Shown: positions 11,001 to 17,820 of the stretch, one piece after another
Position numbering within the stretch: position 1 is the first letter of the stretch
How the letters are laid out: every line of letters starts with the position of its first letter
IMG/VR virus record: IMGVR_UViG_3300034053_000039
Location: 1-36,935 of that record
From: a virus
Taxonomy: Duplodnaviria; Caudoviricetes
Reading direction: 5' to 3' (one strand)
Length of the DNA: 36,935 nt
Notes under the pieces: generated by a model
What the model was told of the DNA's origin: nothing
Databases searched by the model: none
The model's input: only the letters and a program-made list of their open reading frames with translations
Position numbers and translations under genes: made by a program

Positions 11001-13312
11001 ATCAGCTCCTTCTCGTTGCCCCAGTAGTCCTTGCCGAGCTGGTCCGCGTTGACCTTGTAGGCCGACTCGGCCCGATCCCAGCGGCGCAGGCCGAGCATAG
11101 CCGCATCGACCTTGTCCAGGTTCTTGTTGCCCTTGAAGTACCAGCCGCCGGTGAGGAACTGGCGCGCACGGGCATCGACCTTCTCGGGCGTCAAGATCCC
11201 GTGCTGCAGGATGTCCAGCAGTCGGCCGCGAACTGCCCTCCACTGGCCTCCCATGAAGTGGTCCAGCGCGTGCACCCACTCGTGGTAGACCGTGCCGTCG
11301 CCCTTGGTGTTGGTGACGTTGATCACCTGCACCGGCCCGATCGGGCTGGGCTGGTTCGGGCTGAAGTGCGCCGCGTGCTTGCCGTGGCCCAGCGCGCCGA
11401 TGGTGAAGTGCAGTTGCCCGCCGAAGCCCAGGTTCTTGGCGTCGGTGCCGAAGTGCTTGGCCAGGTCGTTGAAGGCGTCGAAGCTGTAGTTCAGGTGGTC
11501 CTGGTCCTCCTTGGCGCCAACCCACTGACCGAACCCGACGTCGGCCATGCCGAACGTGGCCTTGAACTGCTCGGGCGTGACGTTCTCGCCCTTGCGGTAG
11601 TCGGGCCCGCCGTCGCGCGAGACGCGGTCCAGCCGCGGCGGCACCAGAGGGGTGGCCTTGTCTGGAAGTTCGACGGTCTTCTCGTTGGCGATCAGGTTCT
11701 TCGACCACGCCGACTGGTGGCTGAGCTGCATCACGTCCGAGGTTTCACCGGCCCAGGCGTCGATGCCGTTGCGGGACGAAACCAGCGCCTGCCCGCTCGC
11801 GGTGAGCATCGACGGGTCAAGGTTCCAGCGCTTGTCGCTGAACTCGCGCACAAAGCGCTCGTGCCACTTCTGCGCGGCCTCGCCCACCGATGACGTGCCC
11901 TCGATGACCGCCGTGATGCCGCGCACCTGCTCGAGGTACTCCTCGGCCCTGGTGCGCAACCACTGCGCCCGGTACGCCTCATCGGTCTCGAAAGAATCGT
12001 TCTCGGCCTGCGTGACCGTCTTGCCGTTGTGCTGGTAGGTGGATGGCTGGCGTCTTCCCTCCAGCATGAAGTCGATGTTGCTCTTGTCGCTGCTGGCGTA
12101 CTTGCCGCGCACCGCCACAGCCCCAACCCAGCGATAGGCCGCCTCGAGCCAGGCTTTGAACGGGCGCACCTGGTCACGCACCTCGGTGACGTACAGGCGA
12201 TAGCCCGGCGTCACCCCGTCCGGCAGCAGCGGGGAGAACAGGTCGGCCCGGTTCGTCGCGCGCTCGATCTGCTTCCAGGCCTTCTTGATGTCGGACTCGC
12301 CGGCCTTCATCTGCTCGCGCATCTGCTCGTACCAGCGGCGCAGGTCCAGGCCGGTGTTCTGCAGCTTGTTGACCGGGCGGCCCTCGTACCAAGCGGCGCC
12401 TTCCTCGGCCTGCATCCACTCGCGTGCGGCGTCGTAGCCGTGCACGCGCACGTTGAGGTTGTCGCCGGTCAGCGTGCTCTTGGTCTTGCCCTGCAGCGCG
12501 TGGGTCCAGCCCAGCGCGAAGGCCGTCTGCATGGCCGCGTCGTTGGGGATGTTGGCCTGCTCCTTGGCCGCGCCCAGCGCAGCGCCGAACACCGCCGGGT
12601 CGCGGTGCTTCTGCTTGGCCAGGTCGGCCGCCTTCTTGGCCGCCTCCTTGTGGATGGCCCTGGCCAGCAGGGCACGCTTGCCGGGCCCGACCTTGTCGCC
12701 GGCCTTGGCGTCGACCAGCACCGCGACGTTCTTCTCCGACATACCGACCACTTCAGGGTTGGCCATCAGGTCGCGGAAGATGCTGCGCTCGGTTTCTCGC
12801 TCGACGCGGCGGGACTCGATCGCGGCCTTGCGGGCATCAGCAGCGCGCTGCTCTCCATCGCGTCGCATGCGCATCCGGTACGCCTCATCGTCCGCAACGC
12901 GCTGGCGAAGCTCGGCCAGCGTGACGCTCTTGCGCGCCTCGGAAAGCTGATTGGCCCTCACGGTCACTATGACGGTGTTGGAGTCAGGGCCGTCCATCAC
13001 GTCATCATCGATGCGCCACTGGTTCTCGCCGTCCGCGTCCGACAGCACCGCCTTGGCCGGCGCCAGCAGAACCGCAGCCGAAGCCGGCTGCGGCTCTTGC
13101 TCGGCCTTCTCATCCGCCGGCGCAGCGGCCGGCCGAAGTGCGTTGCGCTCGCCGATGGCCTCGGTCAGCAAGTCGCGCGTGGCCTTGAGCCCCGCCTCGC
13201 TGGCCTTCATGCCGCCGTCGCGCAACTCGGCCGCACGGTTGACGATGGTGTCCTCGTCGCCCGGGGCCAGGCCGGCGCGGGTCTTCTTCAGGCAGGTGGT
13301 GAGCGATCCCAT
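1..13312 (-). CDS. Giant large polyvalent (DarB-like) internal virion protein, at least 4437 aa, 3' end outside the window
   Basis: ATG at 13312 (MGSLTTCLKKTRAG) is preceded by GAAGGA. I found no stop in this frame by manual translation. The ORF track lists no minus ORF in this frame, and the long plus-strand shadow ORFs (71, 3437, 8717, 9704, 12029) all share its codon register. Codons are strongly G/C-ending and several domain motifs are recognisable. Confidence 0.93.
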   Translation of the reverse strand, partial: MGSLTTCLKKTRAGLAPGDEDTIVNRAAELRDGGMKASEAGLKATRDLLTEAIGERNALRPAAAPADEKAEQEPQPASAAVLLAPAKAVLSDADGENQWRIDDDVMDGPDSNTVIVTVRANQLSEARKSVTLAELRQRVADDEAYRMRMRRDGEQRAADARKAAIESRRVERETERSIFRDLMANPEVVGMSEKNVAVLVDAKAGDKVGPGKRALLARAIHKEAAKKAADLAKQKHRDPAVFGAALGAAKEQANIPNDAAMQTAFALGWTHALQGKTKSTLTGDNLNVRVHGYDAAREWMQAEEGAAWYEGRPVNKLQNTGLDLRRWYEQMREQMKAGESDIKKAWKQIERATNRADLFSPLLPDGVTPGYRLYVTEVRDQVRPFKAWLEAAYRWVGAVAVRGKYASSDKSNIDFMLEGRRQPSTYQHNGKTVTQAENDSFETDEAYRAQWLRTRAEEYLEQVRGITAVIEGTSSVGEAAQKWHERFVREFSDKRWNLDPSMLTASGQALVSSRNGIDAWAGETSDVMQLSHQSAWSKNLIANEKTVELPDKATPLVPPRLDRVSRDGGPDYRKGENVTPEQFKATFGMADVGFGQWVGAKEDQDHLNYSFDAFNDLAKHFGTDAKNLGFGGQLHFTIGALGHGKHAAHFSPNQPSPIGPVQVINVTNTKGDGTVYHEWVHALDHFMGGQWRAVRGRLLDILQHGILTPEKVDARARQFLTGGWYFKGNKNLDKVDAAMLGLRRWDRAESAYKVNADQLGKDYWGNEKELIARAAESWAFDTLPHASTYLVNAWVADGKVTQAAGYRGTPYPTGQERKQFNQALAALAKATTWENGRPTVGLAAFEAALPDEFKAGARRMEELSKRDVMQAYYDQVLAETADKAAADAQAKADAAAAEQRRLDELAEQKLKDLQPPPVVDAPPPSSAQGPLSDQELSDLFDQAAAELREEAQEQPDVPPPGAPAEDRDRWTAEDWAEIHRLLAKGTPVLLSEAGHGIPTIHEFGRAGQTDMVGFGVFKTVGDGWTASWEGGGAMDRTPSGKAYTTVQFSGGAVPAAAYDLQAATDAALANRRAADAPANQETPVATKNSQATSREDADPTARDLIAEAAKLGVKGADQALTGLAKLFGSKAGRLNSFPAGFDEEAYNEAKPHFKAALKAFQEAGKTLKDLFKLLIQQLGDGIKPYAMQFAKDEALGNNLEQQQADAPAGSPSMALARDIERHLMHVATPMEWRTLFNMADRHFGGTQAEGKYTPKDAYDALEAAINLRILRSPALFSPAVAEDDAQRTVAALTRLLEKVPTQTKRTAEQDQMQQFSTVPPLAFVANWVAGVRPTDVMLEPSAGLGGLAVFSRLAGAKVVLNEFSARRAALLQQVLPDARVFHEDAEHLHNILPDDVRPTVVVMNPPFSNSLGGVKDTMVGARHVEQALLRLPAGGRLVAIVGEGMGMDKPAFRDWWKKIGAKYDVRAAVPMDGSGYAKYGTTFDNVILVIDKVAPSGKKPVTTKATEYTELVHLLAEVRNGRPEHELPVTDHSAEPDPRGGTGRDAAEGDGVRPDAGQAEPGAAAGLGAGEPGGGSPLGRGGQPSNRPGRGKRSRGDAGGDQPGGVAAGQDANGSGRNDAAVGGRPDPAGDQSGVTVGSSTVAAGELTDSVFEGYQPQRLQVPGAKAHPGPLVQSAAMASVLPPVPTYTPNLPAETIQKGLVSIAQIEAVVYAGQSHQQLLETKVGDTEARDFGLKAGTPYRRGFFIGDGTGVGKGREISAILLDNIRQGRKKHVWVSEKQGLMNDAARDFAGIQEGVTAESVLKSKGIFNLGDTKAAGSVSQAEGILFTTYATLRSEAKNGLPGGFNKGDPVVLADGRTGTLASINANGRTAKVEIGGGASSFNFAVIASIGGNRGWQAAVAAAAKPKTRVDQIVEWLGPDFDGVIAFDEAHNAGNAVPIKGSRGASEPSDQALAVVDLQRRLPGARVVYVSATGATEVSNLSFANRLGIWGPSTPFASVSEFISQMTAGGLATMELVARDLKQTGAYMARSLSYDGVNYSRIDHELNPLQHDIYNRLTDAWQVVLNNIEEALKAIGATGESGKTKNSKAKSNAMSAFWGAQQRFFNQIITSMQMPSVIEAVEADIARGDAVVLQLVNTNEAQQERATAKRQKDGEETDLEDLDLTPRDQLIDMVRKSFPVQQYQDVVDEEGNRKTVPVLDSKGDPVLNKAAVAMRDKLIEDLQQISVPDGPLEILINHFGPEIVAEVTGRKQRVVAGRWNKHHKGDEPKAFIDKRGGAAARADADAFMADKKRVLIFSDAGGTGFSFQADLTKANQRKRQHYLVQPGWRANKAVQGLGRTHRTNQASAPHYKLVATNIPAHKRFLSSIARRLDQLGALTKGQRDTSSGGLFSEKDNLESKYAERAVRAFLFDAKAGQIEGLDFNDLLQQLGLKDMVNKDTRQITEAKIPEVRQFLNRLLSLKLETQELVFNGFISRMEEIIEQAAERGELDTGMQTIRALESKVTHEEIVFTEERTGAQTAYVELELTHPTRIHLFPEAKSQGAKIEWIVNAQSGRVWGRVRSGNQTLKNGAVVERYRMLGTGGMAFRTEEDFRNKEAWKTITEDQARLKWDQENAKKPPTYTTKTHMIVGAMLPIWDRLKTEGTMQVARTQTNDGRRLLGRVIHESDVAELRKRLNIAAPESKLPPAEVLARVLKGETAELANGWKLERARVSDDLRVEIKGLPSNVGPALRRELLDAGVIEERISWNTRYFMPVNKPEALAAITKSRPVVGLAKTDAPKLKQGAAGHGVPVNELSQMVARVAADWAGVDTFVVPSVWQLPAGIRASLQSMGAIDSTRGLVMPDGRVYLVADKLASLDEAQGILFHEVYGHIGMRAFLGDEYAAQMQLLRMANPTLAAEANAWYANYARGQIAARVKNGMTREAAEAEVRLLAVEEALADRAGDAPPPSGWKSLMAKLQQVLRRMGLDWVADKLERMTEAETHALLMNARRAVKRTGGPAHVMTGLPVTMQQPKRAAEAPIWTSALLAEVSKAPMKAGDAAAWGQYLDAMVKRGAVKADEIEWTGLRDFLALQQGRVTRDQIALFLADNGVKVTETVLGSPDYSEVEAWWGDEGGANEETPFGDLSAQEQADAAARYADEVGQYSEGDRQTPKYAQYTLPGGTNYREVLLTLPVATPKVYRVSAAGGAVAELPDVADFATREEAQAELDRRQSAQPRLHHSMMEFDRLTRDGGPYRSGHWDQPNVLAHIRLNDRTDADGRCVLFVEEIQSDWGQKAKKDGSYDPAKPWHLIDARQAAGNLGEFATEQEAKQAGAKLGLPSFDWLDMRKEGTPRAPFIGKTDAWVALAIKRVISIAAREGYDRVAFVNGEQSAERYDLSKQVDALRLDGDWDQSIEVSAAKPGQGFEHITSTTKDKLPDVIGKELAQRALETGQREFKGLGLKVGGEGMKAFYDKIVPAVAKDVLRKVGGGQITQIPLVKPTKAFPEGVQQPGFDVTPAMRQRAGGGLPLFSQAIDTKEQAFRQWFGDSQITYPDGKPRVMYHGTGADIYEFRGKQAGAIFLTDEPIVSHAYSDTSAKWLQDRGQDGAARVMPLYVRALNPFDYENPAHVDALVDKAFETIPTYTQGDGEQALMSGGERTLYSRDVLRFALTQGQWALIEDPKMQDAIKALGHDGFYVSEDGFKNLGVYQANQVKSAIGNRGTYDLGSDNILLSQGPVDPVLESAKRKAGLRGPRTLGDKVRAFYGRAMESVRSRQAIGENIRQEVFDQFYGILRAERQELGALPAEQSLYVTARLANGGTSSVMRGLMLHGQARWAGSQQHLEKVPGTRGLLDVLKPLGEDLNDFFGWMVGNRAARLLTEGRENNLTQDEIKALQGLANTPDKEIAFRRAALEYAAFKRSVLDVAQEAGLINPETRRVWDHADYIPFYREMDEKALMSPTGRKGLAGQSSGIRTLKGGESELNDPMENLLMNFSRLIDASLKNNAIKQTIEALGETDLVSKVGYDMKAAIIPRKQIVDELARVGTPESIIASLPDEVFEGMAKMWAIQAPSDPDVVRIMVGGKPQFYRVNDPMLLKALTSFVPFDFPGLAIARGAKRLLTEMVTSTPEFMIRNWVRDSMAAQAITETPFNPLESVKGIRRAYQESGGYEAMLFAGASFQSGHVNAADPQGTAVHMRRALRSRGFRAAAAQAGTWQATKDRTARAWEVYRQIGESIENANREAVYEAAVKAGKSVTEAAYEAKDLMDFSLRGSSAAYQLLADVLPFFNARVQGLYRLGRADRARLMKMGAIMAMATAMLALANGGEDWYEALPDWDKDTYWHFKIGGEHFRLPKPFELGVLFATLPERIGRGLMGLDSGKKTLGRVWANLRDQLAFDPVPQLIRPVVDVWANKDTFRDRPIEGMADEGLRPHARSDARTSDTTRLLAETAAPVAD
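2180..2760 (-). other. Domain of giant protein: ADP-ribosyltransferase, ART-PolyVal-like
   Basis: AFRQWFGDS...GKPRVMYHGT...GAIFLTD...VMPLYVRALNPFDY...GHDGF...QVKSAIGNRGTYD. Confidence 0.78.
4330..4950 (-). other. Domain of giant protein: second zincin-like metallopeptidase fold
   Basis: GRVYLVADKL...ILFHEVYGHIGMR...AVEEALADRA, i.e. HExxxH plus a downstream EE. Confidence 0.65.
5000..8380 (-). other. Domain of giant protein: Strawberry-notch-type SF2 helicase (N-terminal P-loop plus C-terminal helicase domain)
   Basis: Motifs GFFIGDGTGVGKGREI, IAFDEAHNAGN, VVYVSATGATE, AEVTGRK, IFSDAGGTGFSFQAD and QGLGRTHRTNQ. Confidence 0.92.
8407..8754 (-). CDS. Nested +1-frame gene (115 aa, helical, unknown function) inside the giant gene's MTase-helicase linker
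   Basis: GAGGTG Shine-Dalgarno just upstream of the ATG at 8754. G/C-ending codon bias switches to this frame, while the host frame becomes G/A/P/D/R-rich low-complexity sequence. TAA at 8407-8409. Confidence 0.75.
   Translation of the reverse strand: MADPNMSFQSRITALNQTPAGELAGMLLKGTEFAPTQGRLNLALLLDWALENLAADHHWAEAVSQATGLAEANDPEGMQEAISPAGLLRAKTRTEAGEMMLRWVVDLIPPGTSPA
8780..9660 (-). other. Domain of giant protein: N6-adenine DNA methyltransferase
   Basis: QQFSTVPPLA, SAM-binding MLEPSAGLGGL and catalytic VMNPPF motifs, followed by LPAGGRLVAIV. Confidence 0.88.
10830..11640 (-). other. Domain of giant protein: LPD1-type region with zincin-like HExxH metallopeptidase motif
   Basis: Translation gives VGFGQWV...INVTNTKGDGTVYHEWVHALDH...YWGNEKELIARAAESW...PYPTGQERKQFN. 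Boundaries are approximate. Confidence 0.7.
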
Positions 13313-13324
13313 GTCGATCCTTCG

Positions 13325-13525
13325 CTACCCGTCAAGGCAGCCGCTGAGAATGATGGCGACGGCGATGTCGAACAGCTCGTCGTTGGTGTAGCCGGTGCGG
13401 TCGGTGCGCCTGCGCGGCGCATCAGGCCCGGAAATGACCGGGGCCGCGGTATCCGGCGCGGCGTCTTCGCCCCAAGTGCCGCCCCAGCAGTTGCCCCAGG
13501 CGCCGCCCCAGGCGTCGCCGCTCAC
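13325..13525 (-). CDS. 66-aa protein with WG repeats and an acidic-hydrophobic C-terminus
   Basis: GTGA overlap with the upstream stop. Sequence AWGGAWGNCWGGTWG...RRR...NDELFDIAVAIIL. Confidence 0.7.
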   Translation of the reverse strand: MSGDAWGGAWGNCWGGTWGEDAAPDTAAPVISGPDAPRRRTDRTGYTNDELFDIAVAIILSGCLDG

Positions 13526-14040
13526 GCCGGTCTCCAGGGGTTGCTGCCGGCAACGCCAGCGCCCTGGATGGTCACGTCGTTGACCTTCTTGATGTTCACC
13601 GGCAGCGTCGTGGACTCAAGCTCGGCGCGAACGTCGGCCGCGATGCTCAACAGCGCCGCGGACTCCTCGCTCGTCAGGCCGGACACCCCGGTTTCAACCA
13701 GCGTTGCCGCGGCGCTGGCCAGCACCAGCACCTGCGGGTTGCCGGTGTTGTTGACCCGGGCCAGCGCATCGGACAGGTTGCCGCCGCTGACGGCGGCCTG
13801 GTACGAGCCGGCCTCGAAGTCGAGCTTCCACGTCGATCGCAGCGCCACCGTGATGCCGGTGCTGATGCCGCCGCCCAGGTCGTTCTTGCCGGTGGCGTCC
13901 GCGATCTGGTCGTAGGCGATGCCGCGAGCGCTGGCCTCCTCCTCCCGGATCGCGTTGATCAGAGTCTGCATCAGCACCGGGGCCGCATCGGCCTGCGGCA
14001 CGCCGATGCGCTTGGTGGTGTGGTCGAACGACAGGGCCAC
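13522..14040 (-). CDS. 172-aa hypothetical, probable virion structural protein
   Basis: GTG start 1 nt after the upstream stop, good codon bias, beta-rich N-terminus (MALSFDHTTKRI). Confidence 0.8.
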   Translation of the reverse strand: MALSFDHTTKRIGVPQADAAPVLMQTLINAIREEEASARGIAYDQIADATGKNDLGGGISTGITVALRSTWKLDFEAGSYQAAVSGGNLSDALARVNNTGNPQVLVLASAAATLVETGVSGLTSEESAALLSIAADVRAELESTTLPVNIKKVNDVTIQGAGVAGSNPWRPA

Positions 14041-14041
14041 G

Positions 14042-15404
14042 TCAGGTCACGATGGTGTCAACGGTGCGGATCGCGCTCACCGCGGCGCCGGCCGTGGTCA
14101 CGGTGCCGGTGTTCTCGAAGGGCTGGATGCCCTTCTTGCGCACGCGCACCACGATGTCGAAGTCGGCCGAGTAGACGAAGGACTTTGTCATGCTGGCGCC
14201 CGCGGCCAGGCCGTCGATGTACGGCTGATAGAGCGATGCGCCGCCGGCCCCGGTCAGGCCTGGCGAAACGCCGGTGAACTGCTTGGCCGGCCGGTTGATG
14301 CCGGTGTAGGTGTGCTGCACGTCGCCGATGCGCAGGGCGCCGGTGTCGGGAATGTCGGCGCCCAGCACCTCGTTGACCACCACGGTCGCGGCGGCAGCGT
14401 GCGCGCCGTTGAGCGTGAACTGCGCCTTGTTGATGCCGCCAGATCCGTCGTCGCGGGCCGCCAGCACACGGTCGCCTGCTCGCCACCGTCACCGGCGGCG
14501 TGCGCGTCGTGCCGGCCGCGTCGATCAGCACCAGGTTGTTGCTGTCGCTGACGTTCTCGAGCCAGATCCCGCGGGCGCCGAAGAACTTGCCGCCCGCGAA
14601 GCTGCCGAACGGGGCCGCCTTGACCTGGCTGTAGCTGCCGCTGGCCGCCAGGTAGAACCGGCCATCGGTCGTGTTCTCGGGGTTGTCGATGTCGGTGGAG
14701 TTCTCGCGGCGCGTCAGGTACTTCAAGCGCCGGTACACGTTGATCACGGAGTTCCCGCCGCCGTCGATCACCGCGTCATAGTTCTGTGCGCCAGCGCCGT
14801 CGCCGATGTCCTTCGAAGCCGTGCCGAAGGCGATCGTGACGCCGGCCACCGAGGCGCCGGTTGCGTCGTCGTTGATGTCGTCCTCGGTCGACAGCGGCAC
14901 CGGGTTTCGGCCGCCGGTGGTCGGGGCCTGGATCTCGAAGTTGTCGTACCGATCGCCGAGGTCGCGGCTGAAGAAGCTCACCTTGCGGCTGTTCACGTCG
15001 GCTGCAGCTGCGCGCACCTTGACCAGAACGTCGATGTCGCCGTTCGTGTAGCCAGGCGGCGACGCTACGAGGGTCTGGTTCTGCTCGATGTAGATGACCG
15101 CGCCAGCCTTCAGCGAGCCGAGGTTGTAGAAGTTGGCCCACAGGTCGTCGGTGGCGTTGACCTTGATCGCGCCGCCGGTGAGGTAGCCGAGGTCCGAGTC
15201 GGCATTGAACGTCCAGCCGTTGATCAGCTCGTACTCGGTTGGCGTGTTCGCGCGCATCGGGACGGTGTCGTCCATCTGCGCGGCGTCGTCGACCAGGTCC
15301 ATCAGCCACGAGTACATGGCATTGACGCTGTAGCGCGTCGAGCCCGCCGTGTGGGAGATTTTCTTGGTGGAGTAGTTGAGGGTCCAGTCGTCTTGGATGG
15401 CCAT
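14042..15404 (-). pseudogene. Beta-rich structural protein (about 453 aa when rejoined) interrupted by a frameshift near 14480
   Basis: AGGAG SD before the ATG at 15404. Coding bias holds to ...RTPPVTVA, then continues in another frame as AGDRVLAARDDG...DTIVT* (stop 14042-14044). Confidence 0.75.
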
Positions 15405-15412
15405 GACGGCTC

Positions 15413-15838
15413 CTATGCGGCAATCGTGTCTGCGACCTGAGCCACGTAGACCGACTGCGCTCCGGCAGCGATCGTGGCCAGGGTTTCAAAAGGCTGGTAC
15501 TTGGGGGCTGAAGATCCCTTGCGCACCTTGATGCGAAGGTCGTTGTTGGCCGAGCCGCCAGCGTAGTAATCGAGCGTGATCGTCACCGTGCTCGCGCCGG
15601 CCACGCCTTCGGCATTGCCGGTCGGCGTGGCGAGGCTGCCGTCTCCCTGGCGCTCGATGCGGTAGCGGCTGCCGACGACGACGTTGGTCAGGGTGAGGGT
15701 CATCGAGCCAACCACGTCGGTCGGAAGCAGTTGCGTCGCAGCCTCGGCCCTCGGAAACGGTATCGAGCGCGCGTACAGATCGACAGCCGCGTACTCGACG
15801 AACGGAACCCCGGCCGAGAGATTGAGCGTCACCGTCAT
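15413..15838 (-). CDS. 141-aa hypothetical beta-sandwich-like structural protein
   Basis: ATGA overlap with the upstream stop. The C-terminus (IKVRKGSSAPKYQPFET) resembles the C-terminus of the downstream frameshifted gene (VRVRKKGIQPFEN). Confidence 0.8.
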   Translation of the reverse strand: MTVTLNLSAGVPFVEYAAVDLYARSIPFPRAEAATQLLPTDVVGSMTLTLTNVVVGSRYRIERQGDGSLATPTGNAEGVAGASTVTITLDYYAGGSANNDLRIKVRKGSSAPKYQPFETLATIAAGAQSVYVAQVADTIAA

Positions 15839-17820
15839 GAAATCACCAGATCGGGGCTGACGTAGATTGAACCGTTGGCCAGCGGAGGACCGCACAGCCA
15901 AAGGTCAGCCACGATCTCAGTGTTCTGATCGACCGAATTGGTCGTTGTGATCGTGAGCTTGCGCGAGGAAACGCTGGCTAACCCGTTGAGAGTCCATGAG
16001 CCGGTGCCGACGCCAGCGGGAAGGGACGTTGCAAGGCCGGCTTCATGCAACGAGTACGGTTCCATCGTTGACTCGTACTTGAGCACGCCGCCGCTGGTGT
16101 ACTTCAGATTCATCCACACCTGCGCTCCGGTCGGGATCTCGCCCGAGGGGACCAGCAATTCGAGCGCCAGGGTCTTCGAGCCCGCTGCGCCGCGAAAGAA
16201 GCTGGCGTATCTCCCGACGCGAAGTGGCCTGGTCGCTACCAATCTCGTCGTCTCACGCGAAATTCGATGCGACGCGCCGACTCCGCTTGCCAGCGTCGCG
16301 TTGTAGTACGGATGCACCGACGCGCCGAGCCAGTCAATCGTGTAGTTGTTGCACTCGTAGCGAAACTGCCTGTCTGATCCCCCGTCGTCCCACAGGAAAT
16401 ATCCACACGGCGCCGTCAAACCAGCAACCACTCCTGCAGATGGGTTCGATAGCCCGCGGCAGTTCTCGAACGACACGATCAACGAACAGTTGGTTAACCA
16501 ATTGGATCCGCCACTGATTGGCGATGTCACTGAATAGACGTAATTGTCGACGACGAACGCACAATTCACATAGGAGATCATCGTGATTGATGCTGAATTC
16601 GGAGGCGCCACGGACACGGCGTGCAAGCCGGTAACGTTGGCCCCGATCCCACTGTACTCGATGATCGAGTCGGCAATTTTGTAGACGCTGCTCGTGTCGC
16701 TGTTGCTGACGGTGCAAAAAGACCCCGCGGACAACTGACTTATCTTGCACCCGTGGATATTCAGAAGCAAAGACGGGTTGCCGGAGGCGTACTTGAATTG
16801 CGAATTTGCGTTTACCGCAGACAGCCAGATGTTCTTTAGGTCCGTCGTCGCGGCGTCACGGGCCACGGTCATTACGAACGATGTGGAGTTCGAGTTGAAG
16901 GTAACTTTCAAGCCGTACTTTGCCCGCGCCGCGATACGCAAAGTCCCCGAGGTTCCTGGGCGAAGGTTCCAGTTGCCACTTGACCCGGTGCACGCCAACG
17001 TAAGCGTACCGTTGTCGCCGGACCAGATGGTCCCGTTGTCAAACAGCACCGACCGGTACGATGACGACGGCCCCGTGACACTCGTTGTGGTGCTGCCGTT
17101 GCTCACCGACGCCGACAAATCAACCGAGGACCGCTTGGTCCGGGCGTGAATGAGGTCAGTCGAGGCCCCCGGGTCGGTCGGCGCTCCTGCCTTGGTCGAG
17201 GTGAGCACTCCCCACAGGCCGATTGCGACTCCGAAAACGGCTGCCCCGTTCATGAGGTAGCCGAAGGGTCCGTTCGCCCCACCTGCAAACTGCGTGATCG
17301 TCGGAGGCGTGGCCCAGCCACTGCTGCTGATGGCGACGTTGCTGTTCGATGCGTGGTTCAGGTCCGCGCCAGCGATGCGAGTGGCGATCTGCAATGTATC
17401 CGTCGTGCCGGGCTTGACGCGGGCGAACTGCCAGTAAGGTAGGGCCAGCAACAGGGCCGATGTACCGGAGTTGGTTGCCGCATCGCACTGCGCGGTGCCT
17501 GTGCCGAAGGTGTTCAACATCGCCACCAGATTCGAGACACACGTCGCAATCGTCGCGCCAAGAGTCCACTGATTCTTTGCGGCAGCCGTGGTCTTCGCAG
17601 TCAGCGTGGCACCGGCAATGACCAGGGTGTTCCCATCGGCCGGGAGCACCGTGATCTGGATCTCTGCAATCGCAACCGCCGCACTATGACCGGGGCCTGC
17701 CTTGCCGTTGCCATCCATCGGCAACGGTTTGTCGGTCGCTCCAGCACCCCACGTCGGGGTAGCTGCATACGCCTGGTATTCGGCGCCGACCGCGCTGATG
17801 TCGAGATAGAACTCAGCCAT
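15835..17820 (-). CDS. 661-aa fibre/spike-like protein with a possible beta-helix core
   Basis: TGATG overlap with the upstream stop. S/T/G/N-rich, with a lower-GC central part showing beta-helix-like periodicity (LKNIWL, IHGCKI, IADSII, YVNCAF, FENCRG). Confidence 0.8.
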   Translation of the reverse strand: MAEFYLDISAVGAEYQAYAATPTWGAGATDKPLPMDGNGKAGPGHSAAVAIAEIQITVLPADGNTLVIAGATLTAKTTAAAKNQWTLGATIATCVSNLVAMLNTFGTGTAQCDAATNSGTSALLLALPYWQFARVKPGTTDTLQIATRIAGADLNHASNSNVAISSSGWATPPTITQFAGGANGPFGYLMNGAAVFGVAIGLWGVLTSTKAGAPTDPGASTDLIHARTKRSSVDLSASVSNGSTTTSVTGPSSSYRSVLFDNGTIWSGDNGTLTLACTGSSGNWNLRPGTSGTLRIAARAKYGLKVTFNSNSTSFVMTVARDAATTDLKNIWLSAVNANSQFKYASGNPSLLLNIHGCKISQLSAGSFCTVSNSDTSSVYKIADSIIEYSGIGANVTGLHAVSVAPPNSASITMISYVNCAFVVDNYVYSVTSPISGGSNWLTNCSLIVSFENCRGLSNPSAGVVAGLTAPCGYFLWDDGGSDRQFRYECNNYTIDWLGASVHPYYNATLASGVGASHRISRETTRLVATRPLRVGRYASFFRGAAGSKTLALELLVPSGEIPTGAQVWMNLKYTSGGVLKYESTMEPYSLHEAGLATSLPAGVGTGSWTLNGLASVSSRKLTITTTNSVDQNTEIVADLWLCGPPLANGSIYVSPDLVIS

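Noticed and set aside
71-13915. Very long plus-strand ORFs (1111, 1716, 322, 729 and 628 aa)
   Set aside because: All lie in the codon register of the minus-strand genes and have the H/V/L/G/R-rich composition of antisense shadows, with no motifs. The plus-strand HNH ORF, by contrast, has clear family motifs.
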